Shown: piece by piece, positions 27,972 to 35,398 of the stretch
How the letters are laid out: each line of letters starts with the position of its first letter
How positions within the stretch are numbered: position 1 is the stretch's first letter
DNA from: Acidobacteriota bacterium
GTDB taxonomy: Bacteria; Acidobacteriota; DASWHO01
Reading direction: 5' to 3'
DNA: 52,557 nucleotides
Assembly (NCBI GenBank): GCA_036398155.1
Contig: DASWHO010000368.1
Span: 1-52,557, forward strand
The notes under the pieces: generated by a model
The model's database searches: none
What the model was told of the DNA's origin: nothing
The model's input: the letters and a program-made list of their open reading frames with translations, nothing else
Translations under genes and position numbers: made by a program

Positions 27972-28745
27972 ATGGGGGTGCCGATCATCATCCTCGTAGT
28001 GGCGTTGTACCTGATCAGCTCGATCAAGATCCTGCGCGAGTACGAGCGCGGCGTGATCTTCCGGCTCGGCCGGTTGCTGCCGCGGCCCAAGGGGCCGGGC
28101 GTGATCTTCGTGTTTGCTCCCTTCGACCGCATCGTGCGGATGAGCCTTCGAACCGTGGTGCTGGACGTGCCGCCGCAGGACGTGATCACCAAGGACAACG
28201 TTTCGGTCAAAGTCAACGCGGTGGTCTATTTTCGGGTCATGGATGCGGCCAGGGCGGTGGTCGAGGTTGAGAACTATCTCTATGCCACTTCCCAGCTCTC
28301 CCAGACCACGCTGCGTTCGGTGTTGGGTCAGGTCGAGCTCGACGATCTGCTCTCCGAGCGCGAGAAGCTCAACGCTAAGCTGCAGCAGATCCTCGACCGC
28401 CACACCGATCCGTGGGGCATCAAGGTGACCATGGTGGAGGTCAAGGCGGTCGACCTGCCGCAGGAAATGCAGCGCACCATCATGCGCCAGGCCGAGGCCG
28501 AACGCGAGCGGCGCGCCAAGGTGATTCACGCCGAAGGCGAGCTGATGGCCAGCACCAAGCTGAGCGAAGCGGCGGCGGTGTTCGCGACCCAGCCGATGAC
28601 GCTCCAGCTGCGCTACCTGCAGACGCTCACCGAGATCGCCAGCGAGCGTAATTCCACCGTGATCTTCCCGGTGCCGATCAACCTGTTCGAAGGGCTGATG
28701 CACGTAATGGGGGGAGAAAAGGCTGGCCAAGCGGCGGCCAAATAG
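27972..28745 (+). CDS. SPFH/band-7 stomatin-like protein
   Basis: Internal ATG at 27972 with an AAAGGAGGAG RBS. N-terminal TM hairpin, then [15 protein letters not shown] ... [19 protein letters not shown] ... [16 protein letters not shown]. Confidence 0.92.
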   Translation: MGVPIIILVVALYLISSIKILREYERGVIFRLGRLLPRPKGPGVIFVFAPFDRIVRMSLRTVVLDVPPQDVITKDNVSVKVNAVVYFRVMDAARAVVEVENYLYATSQLSQTTLRSVLGQVELDDLLSEREKLNAKLQQILDRHTDPWGIKVTMVEVKAVDLPQEMQRTIMRQAEAERERRAKVIHAEGELMASTKLSEAAAVFATQPMTLQLRYLQTLTEIASERNSTVIFPVPINLFEGLMHVMGGEKAGQAAAK

Positions 28746-28751
28746 GTAACA

Positions 28752-29438
28752 ATGGGGCCGATGGACGACGCCGACGACAAGGGTTTCGAGATCCAGATGG
28801 ATACCAAGCGGCTGGTGTTCGTGTTCTTGGTCGCGGTCGCGACCCTGGCGTTCATCTTCCTGCTCGGGGTGCACACCGGCCGCGGCGTGCGCAAGGCGGA
28901 GGAGGAGTCGGCCGCTGCGACCGAGCTGACCCAAAAGGCCCCGCCCACCCAGCTCGCCGAGACCAAGCCGGCCAAGGATCTGGAGTTCTTCGATCAGTAC
29001 AACCAGCAGGCTGAGCCGACCACGCTCGAGCCGGCCAAGCCGGCCGAGCAGCCCTCCGGCGGCGGCGAGCCTGCGGGCTCCACCGCGGCGCCGCCGGAGA
29101 CGGCGCGAGAGACGCCGCCGGCGGCGACCTCGGCTCCGACGCCTGAGCCGGAGCCGGCGCCGCAGCAGGTCAGCACCGCCGCGACCGCGCCGCCGCCGGC
29201 CGGCGGCGGCTTCGTGATTCAGGTGCTCTCGACCGCCGACTCGGCCAAGGCCAACGCGCTGGTGGCTGCGCTCAAGACCGACGGCTTTCCGGCCTTCGTG
29301 CAGCCGGTTTCGACCGGCGGCGGGAACACGTATCGGGTCCGGGTCGGCCCCTACGCGTCGCGCCAGGACGCGGAGAAAAAGAGCGCCGAGCTGCGCGCCG
29401 AGGCCGGCATCTCGGATACCTGGATCACCGCCCAGTAG
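28752..29438 (+). CDS. SPOR-domain (septal peptidoglycan-binding) membrane-anchored protein
   Basis: 228 aa. One N-terminal TM segment, a Pro/Ala/Glu-rich linker and a C-terminal SPOR fold (FVIQVLSTADSAKANALVAALKTDGFPAFV ... YRVRVGPYASRQDAEKKSAELR). Confidence 0.8.
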   Translation: MGPMDDADDKGFEIQMDTKRLVFVFLVAVATLAFIFLLGVHTGRGVRKAEEESAAATELTQKAPPTQLAETKPAKDLEFFDQYNQQAEPTTLEPAKPAEQPSGGGEPAGSTAAPPETARETPPAATSAPTPEPEPAPQQVSTAATAPPPAGGGFVIQVLSTADSAKANALVAALKTDGFPAFVQPVSTGGGNTYRVRVGPYASRQDAEKKSAELRAEAGISDTWITAQ

Positions 29439-29441
29439 CCG

Positions 29442-30995
29442 GTGCCGATGCGCCGGCTGCTGCTTCCGCTGGCCGGCGCGCTGCTGCTCTGGGCCAGCTT
29501 TCCGCGCCTCTCCCTGACCGGGCTGGCTTGGATCGCGCTGGCGCCTTGGATCGCGCACGCGTTGGAACAGCCGGCGCGCCGAGCGGCGCTCGATCTGGGT
29601 CTGGCAGGCGCCCTATTTTTCGGCCTCCATCTCGCTTGGATTCCGGCCGCGCTGGCTGCTTACGGCCGCTTGCCGATCTGGTTCGCCTGGCTCACGCTGC
29701 TTGCGCTGTCGCTCTATTTGGGCCTCTACGTGGCCGGGTTCGGCGCCGCGTTGGCCTGGGCGGCCGGCCGGATCGGTCCGCGCTCGGCGCTGTTGGCGCC
29801 GCCGCTGTGGGTCGCGTTGGAGCTGCTGCGCGGGCGCCTGGTGACCGGATTTCCGTGGGGACTGCTGGGCCACAGCCAGGCGCCGCATCCGCTGGTGATC
29901 CAGGTCGCCGACTTCGCGGGTGTGTACGGGATCTCCTTCGTCCTGGCCGCCGCAGCGGCGGCGCTGGCGCTGTGGATCCAAGCCTGTCCCGGCGCGCCGC
30001 GCCTGTTGGCCGGCGCCGGCTCGGCGGCCTTGATCGTCTCGATGCTGGCCTACGGCTGGATCCGGATCCAGCGGCCGCCCGTGAGCATCGGCCCGCCGGT
30101 CACGGTTGCGGCGATCCAGGCCAACATCCACTTCGAGCGCAGCCTGAGGGTGTCGGAGGCGCTCAGCGTGCTGGCCGAGTACGAGGCGCTGAGCGCCGCG
30201 GCCGCGGCCCGGGGCGCGAGCCTGATCGTCTGGCCCGAATCTTCGATCACCTTCCCGCTCGGTTTTTCCGGCTCGCCCTATCTCGAGCAGCGGCTCGCAC
30301 GGCGGGCCCGGCAGTGGGGCGCGGCGCTCGCGTTCGGCAGCGACGCCTTCGGCTCCGACGGCCGCGGTCCGGCCACCAACTCGGCCCATGTGATCTCGGC
30401 CGGTGGCGCGATCGAGCCGCGCTACGACAAGATCCAACTGGTGCCGTTCGCCGAGCGGCTGCCGCTGCCGCAGCTTTTGGCTCCGCTCTCGGGCTGGATC
30501 CCGGCGATCGCCGATTTCGTTCCGGGACGCGCGTCGCGCGTCTATCCCGGCCCCGGGCTGCGTTTCGGAATCCTGATCTGCTACGAAGGCGTGTTTCCGG
30601 AGCTCGGGCGGGCGCTGGTCGACGGCGGCGCCGATCTGCTGCTCAGTCTGACCAACGACGCCTGGTTCGGCGCCAGCGCCGCGCCGCATCAACATTTGGC
30701 GATGACCGCGCTGCGGGCGGTGGAAACCCGGCGCTATCTGCTGCGCGCGGCCAACACCGGGATCAGCGCTTTGGTCGACCCGTTGGGCCGGGTGATCCAG
30801 CGCAGCGAGCTGTTCGTGCCGGCCACCGTGCTCGGACCGGTTTGGCGCATCCGCGGCGCCTCGGCCTATCAACGCTGGGGGGACGCGTTCGCCGCCGCCT
30901 GCGCTTTACTCACCTCCGCGGCGCTCTTATCCTGCAGGTCGGCGCGCGTCAGCGCGCCGGCGCCAGCGGCCCACAAGCACCGGCCCAGAACCTAA
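29442..30995 (+). CDS. lnt: Apolipoprotein N-acyltransferase
   Basis: 517 aa. Multi-TM N-terminal half and a CN-hydrolase domain (IVWPES ... ILICYEGVFPEL ... LTNDAWFG). Start is GTG at 29442 or ATG at 29448. Confidence 0.9.
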   Translation: MPMRRLLLPLAGALLLWASFPRLSLTGLAWIALAPWIAHALEQPARRAALDLGLAGALFFGLHLAWIPAALAAYGRLPIWFAWLTLLALSLYLGLYVAGFGAALAWAAGRIGPRSALLAPPLWVALELLRGRLVTGFPWGLLGHSQAPHPLVIQVADFAGVYGISFVLAAAAAALALWIQACPGAPRLLAGAGSAALIVSMLAYGWIRIQRPPVSIGPPVTVAAIQANIHFERSLRVSEALSVLAEYEALSAAAAARGASLIVWPESSITFPLGFSGSPYLEQRLARRARQWGAALAFGSDAFGSDGRGPATNSAHVISAGGAIEPRYDKIQLVPFAERLPLPQLLAPLSGWIPAIADFVPGRASRVYPGPGLRFGILICYEGVFPELGRALVDGGADLLLSLTNDAWFGASAAPHQHLAMTALRAVETRRYLLRAANTGISALVDPLGRVIQRSELFVPATVLGPVWRIRGASAYQRWGDAFAAACALLTSAALLSCRSARVSAPAPAAHKHRPRT

Positions 30996-31011
30996 GCCTG
31001 GAGAAGTTTAT

Positions 31012-32125
31012 ATGCTCGACGAACAGCGCCAGACCCTGCGCGAGCTCAACCAACGGCTCGAGAAAATACGGGGGTATCTTTGAGGTCGATCGGCTGCGAC
31101 TGCGCCTGGAGCGCTTGGACGCCGAGCTCGCCGATCCGGAAGTGTACGGCGATCAGCAGAAGGTCTCGCGTCTGGGACGCGAGCGCGCCCGCCTGGTCGA
31201 AGCGCTGGAGGATTTCGACCGCGGCGAGCGCGCCATCCAGGACGGCGGCGCGCTGCTCGAGCTGGCCGAAGAGGGCGAAGCGGTCGGCGCCGAGCTGGAT
31301 CAGGCGCTGCGCCAACTGGCCGAGGATCTCGCGCTGCTCGAGCTCGAGGCGCTCATGCAGGGCGAGCACGACGGCAACAACGCGATCGTCGCGCTGCATT
31401 CCGGCGCCGGCGGCACCGAAGCGCAAGATTGGGTCGCGATGCTGCTCAGGATGTACACCCGCTGGTGCGAGCGCCGCGGCTTCAAAGTCGGGGTGGTCGA
31501 CGCGCTGCCCGGTGAAGAGGCGGGTCTCAAGTCGGTCACCTTCACGGTCGCGGGGCGCTTCGCCTACGGCTATCTCAAGGCCGAGGTCGGCGTGCACCGC
31601 CTGGTGCGGATCTCTCCGTTCGATGCCGCCAAGCGCCGCCACACCTCTTTCGCCTCGGTCTTCGTTTGGCCCGAGCTCGACGAGAGCATCGATGTGAAGA
31701 TCGAGGACAAAGACCTGCGCATCGACACCTTTCGCAGCAGCGGCGCCGGCGGGCAGCACGTCAACGTCACCGACAGCGCGGTGCGGATCACCCACCTGCC
31801 GAGCGGCATCGTGGTGCAGTGCCAGAACGAGCGCTCGCAGCATCGCAACCGCGACCTGGCGATGAAGGTGCTGATGGCGCGGCTCTACGAGCTCGAGCGC
31901 AAGAAGAAGCTCGAGCAGCTCGAAAAGGTCGAAGATTCCAAGCTCGAGATCGGTTTCGGCAGCCAGATCCGTTCCTATGTGCTGCAGCCCTATCAAATGG
32001 TCAAGGACCACCGCACCGGCACCGAGATCGGCGCGGTGCAGGCGGTGCTCGACGGCGACCTCGACCGCTTGATCGAAGCCTACCTGAGCCGGCAGCGCAG
32101 CGCGGCGGGCGCGGAACGCCGATGA
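31012..32125 (+). CDS. prfB: Peptide chain release factor 2, requires a programmed +1 frameshift: join(31012..31080, 31082..32125)
   Basis: Frame 0 reads [23 protein letters not shown] then TGA at 31081-31083. The +1 frame continues [16 protein letters not shown]... and carries the RF2 motifs SPF (RISPFDA) and GGQ ([10 protein letters not shown]). Confidence 0.95.
31070..31083 (+). promoter_or_regulatory. prfB +1 frameshift site (internal SD GGGGG, slippery CTT, in-frame TGA)
   Basis: gggggtatctttga has the same architecture and spacing as the E. coli AGGGGGTATCTTTGAC site. Confidence 0.9.
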
Positions 32126-32835
32126 ACGGCGCCTATCGCAGCGGCGGGGTCCAGCTGGCGGTGCCGCCGGTGACCCCGGTGATCAGGATCATCCTGATCG
32201 CCTGCGGCGTCGGGTTCGTGCTCCAGCTGCTCGCCGGGCCCGAGATGATCCGCATCTTCGGCCTCAGCCCGGCGCTCGCCAGCCGCGGCTTTTTCCTCTG
32301 GCAGTACGTGAGCTACCTGTTTCTGCACGGCGATATCAGCCATCTGCTGTTCAACCTGCTGGGGCTGTGGATGTTCGGCGGCGATGTCGAGCGGCGCATG
32401 GGCTCGCGCGAGTTCTGGCGTTTCTACCTGTTGTGCGGCGCCGGCGCCGGCGCGGTGTGGGTGGTGTTCAGCCTGCTGTCGGGGACCAGCGGGATCACGA
32501 TCGGCGCTTCCGGCGCGATCTTCGGGGTGCTGGCCGCCTTCGCGGTGCTGTTTCCGGAGCGCATCATTTTGGTGATGTTGATCTTCCCGATGCGGGCCCG
32601 CACCGCGGCGCTGCTGTTCGCCGGCATCGAGCTGCTCGCCTCCTGGGGTTACGCCGGCAGCGGGGTCAACCGCATCGCCCATCTGGCCGGCATGGCGATC
32701 GCGTACGTCTACCTGCGGCGCTACACGCTGGGCGTGCAGCTCCGCACCCTGTTCGGCCGGCGGCGGCCGCCGTTCACGATCCATCGCGGCGGCAGCGGCT
32801 GGAAGAGCGACGAAGACGATCGCTGGCTGCACTGA
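32122..32835 (+). CDS. Rhomboid-family intramembrane serine protease
   Basis: 237 aa from the ATG at 32122, which forms an ATGA overlap with the prfB stop. Contains HGDISHLLFNLLGLWMFG, catalytic GASGAIFG and the His in AHLAGMA. Confidence 0.88.
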   Translation: MNGAYRSGGVQLAVPPVTPVIRIILIACGVGFVLQLLAGPEMIRIFGLSPALASRGFFLWQYVSYLFLHGDISHLLFNLLGLWMFGGDVERRMGSREFWRFYLLCGAGAGAVWVVFSLLSGTSGITIGASGAIFGVLAAFAVLFPERIILVMLIFPMRARTAALLFAGIELLASWGYAGSGVNRIAHLAGMAIAYVYLRRYTLGVQLRTLFGRRRPPFTIHRGGSGWKSDEDDRWLH

Positions 32836-32875
32836 TCGGTCGCCAAACGCCGCCGGCCCGCGCGATCGATTCGAG

Positions 32876-35317
32876 ATGGTGCCGCGTATTCCCGAGCACA
32901 AAGCGATAGCCCTGACGGTTCTGATCGCTTCGGTGGCGCTGCTGGCGCTGGAGATCGCCGAGCTGCGGATCTTCTCGTACGCGCTCGATCCGCTGCTGGT
33001 TTACAGCGCCATCAGCGTCGCGCTTCTGGGGTTGGGCAGCGGCAGCATATTCATCACCCTGCGGCCGCAGCTCTGCCAAGGCGAAACGCGGCCGCGGATG
33101 GTCGCCGCGTTGCTCGGCTTCGCGGCCACCGCGCTGGTCAGCTTGGCGCTGTTCGCCCGCAGCTCGCACACGGTTGGATTCGGCCGCGAAGCCGGTCTGC
33201 TGGGCGCGGCGTTGCCGGTCTTCACCCTCCTGGTCGCGCCGTATTTCTGCGCCGGGGTGCTGCTTTCGATCGCGATGACTCGCGATCCCGACCGGATCGG
33301 GTTGATCTACTTCGCCAATCTGGTCGGCTCGGGGCTGGGCTGCGTGTTGGTGCTGCCGCTGCTGCGCCCGTTCGGGGTCGAGGCGGTGGTGGTGATCTGC
33401 GCGGCGCTGGCGATCCTCGCCGCGCTGCCGCTGGCCTGGCCGCTCGGCTGGCGCCGGCGCGCGGCCGTGCTGGGCGCCTTGGCGCTGGCGCTCGCCGCGC
33501 TGCCGCTGGCGCCGCGCTGGTTCCCGTTCCAGCCCGATCCGGGCGATTTGTACGGCGTCGCGCTGGAGGCGCTGCGCGAGCGCTACCCGGGTCGAGACGC
33601 CGAGGCCTACCGGCCGCGCCGCGAATTCGCGCAGTGGGATCCGGTCTCGCGGGTCGAGATCTACGCTTTTCCGGGCCAGTTCGGGCTGATCAACGAGCGG
33701 GCGCCGGTGCGCTTTTTCACTCAGGACGGCGGCGCCGGCTCGATGCTGGTCGATGTGCCGCGCCATCCCGCGATCGCGCGCGCGCTGTTCGAGGGCTCGG
33801 TCTACGGCGGCGCCTACCTGCTCAAGCCGGAGCCTGAGCGGGTGCTGATCATCGGCTTGGGCGGCGCCCCCGACGTCCTGACCGCGCTGCACCATCGGGC
33901 CCGGCAGATCACCGGAGTCGAGATCAACGCCAGCGCGATCGCAGCGGTGCGCGGCCCGTTCGCCGCCCTGCTCGGCGCGCCCTACGCACAGCCCGGCGTG
34001 CGCATCTTGCACCGCGACGGCCGCAGCTTCGTCGAGCGCAGCGCGCAGCGCTTCGATGTCATTCAGCTCACCGGCGCCGACACCTACTCGGCCGGTTCGG
34101 CCGGGGCGTTCATGTTCTCGGAAAACTACCTGTACACCGTCGAGGCGATGGGTCGTTACCTCGCGGCGCTGCGGCCCGGCGGCGTGCTCTCGATCATTCG
34201 CTTCGGCGCCGAATCGCTGCGTGTGATCTCGACCGAGCTCGCGGCGCTGCGGGCCCGCGGGGTGCGGCAGCCGGCGCGTCACATCGTGGTCCTGCAGCAG
34301 GGGATCTGGATCAACGTGCTGCTTTCGCGCCAGCCGCTGGAGCGCGATTTCGGAATGCGGCTCAGCCGCAAGCTCGCGGCGCTGAACCGGATCGAGCGGA
34401 TCCGCATGCCGGTCTATGACGCGCTGGGCTTCGGGCTGGACGATCCGGTGGTGCTGATGGCCGCGCCCGGGCTGCGTTTGGATAATCCGTTCTCGCGCCT
34501 GCTGCAGGCCGCGCGGCGCGGCCGCGAAGCGGCCTTCTTGAGCCGTCTGGCGCTCGACTACTCGCCGGTGACCGATGACCGGCCGTTCTTCTTTCAATTC
34601 CTCCATCTGCGCCAGCTGCCGGCGGTGCTGTCGGCCGCGCCCGATGATTACCGGCTGCGCGGGATGCGGGCGCATCTTTTGTTCTTGGCCCTGGTGGCCG
34701 CGGTCGCGGCGCTGCTGATCCTGCTGCCGCTCGCGCTGCGCACCGGAGCGAGCCTGCGCCGGGCGGGAGCGGCGCGGACGCTGCTCTACTTCGTCGCGCT
34801 CGGGCTCGGCTACCTGTTCGTCGAGCTGATTCTGATGCAGCGCTGCGCGCTCTTGCTCGGCCACCCGACTTATTCGATTGCGGCGGCCCTGTTCACGCTG
34901 CTGATCGCCTCCGGCTGCGGCAGCGCGTGGAGCAACCGCTTCGCGGCGCGGCGCCGCACCATCGCGGCGGCGGCGCTGGGCATCGTGGCGCTGCTGGTGG
35001 TCGCCCAGCTCGCGCTCGGGCCGCTGTTCCGCGCTCTGCTGCCGGCCCCATTCGCGCTGCGCTTGGCGGCGCTGGTCGCGGCCCTCGCACCGCTCGGCTT
35101 TGTGATGGGCATCCCGTTTCCGGTCGGCCTGCGAGCGATCGCGGCGCAGGGCAGGGCACCGATGGCCTGGGCTCTTGGGATCAACAGCTTCGCCTCGGTG
35201 GTGGCTTCGCTGGTGGCGCTGCCGCTGGCGATGTTTTGGGGCTTCGCCGTGGTTCTGCTCGCTGCGGCGGGGCTCTACGGTCTGGCGGCGCTGACCGCAC
35301 CGTCCACGGCCTCCTGA
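32876..35317 (+). CDS. Polytopic membrane protein with an embedded spermidine-synthase-like (class I MTase/aminopropyltransferase fold) domain
   Basis: 813 aa. About 7 N-terminal and about 5 C-terminal hydrophobic segments flank VLIIGLGGAPDV...ITGVEIN...DVIQLTGADTYSAGSAGAFMFSENYLYT...GGVLS. Confidence 0.75.
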   Translation: MVPRIPEHKAIALTVLIASVALLALEIAELRIFSYALDPLLVYSAISVALLGLGSGSIFITLRPQLCQGETRPRMVAALLGFAATALVSLALFARSSHTVGFGREAGLLGAALPVFTLLVAPYFCAGVLLSIAMTRDPDRIGLIYFANLVGSGLGCVLVLPLLRPFGVEAVVVICAALAILAALPLAWPLGWRRRAAVLGALALALAALPLAPRWFPFQPDPGDLYGVALEALRERYPGRDAEAYRPRREFAQWDPVSRVEIYAFPGQFGLINERAPVRFFTQDGGAGSMLVDVPRHPAIARALFEGSVYGGAYLLKPEPERVLIIGLGGAPDVLTALHHRARQITGVEINASAIAAVRGPFAALLGAPYAQPGVRILHRDGRSFVERSAQRFDVIQLTGADTYSAGSAGAFMFSENYLYTVEAMGRYLAALRPGGVLSIIRFGAESLRVISTELAALRARGVRQPARHIVVLQQGIWINVLLSRQPLERDFGMRLSRKLAALNRIERIRMPVYDALGFGLDDPVVLMAAPGLRLDNPFSRLLQAARRGREAAFLSRLALDYSPVTDDRPFFFQFLHLRQLPAVLSAAPDDYRLRGMRAHLLFLALVAAVAALLILLPLALRTGASLRRAGAARTLLYFVALGLGYLFVELILMQRCALLLGHPTYSIAAALFTLLIASGCGSAWSNRFAARRRTIAAAALGIVALLVVAQLALGPLFRALLPAPFALRLAALVAALAPLGFVMGIPFPVGLRAIAAQGRAPMAWALGINSFASVVASLVALPLAMFWGFAVVLLAAAGLYGLAALTAPSTAS

Positions 35318-35398
35318 GAGCGCTGTAGCGATCTGCTACACTTTGATGGTGTGGGGCGGAGTCGCCTTTGCGGCGGCCCGGACAACGGAGGTGCAGAC

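Noticed and set aside
29528-32125. The 865-aa plus-strand ORF in the supplied track, which looks like one huge gene.
   Set aside because: Only its last 347 or so codons are real (the prfB +1 frame). The upstream part is an out-of-frame read through lnt that happens to lack stops. The true prfB N-terminus is the short frame-0 ORF from 31012.
32774-34864. A 696-aa minus-strand ORF opposite the spermidine-synthase-like membrane protein gene.
   Set aside because: Same reasoning. It has an R/Q/E/D/G-rich low-complexity translation, whereas the plus-strand product has coherent TM segments and a nucleotide-binding fold.
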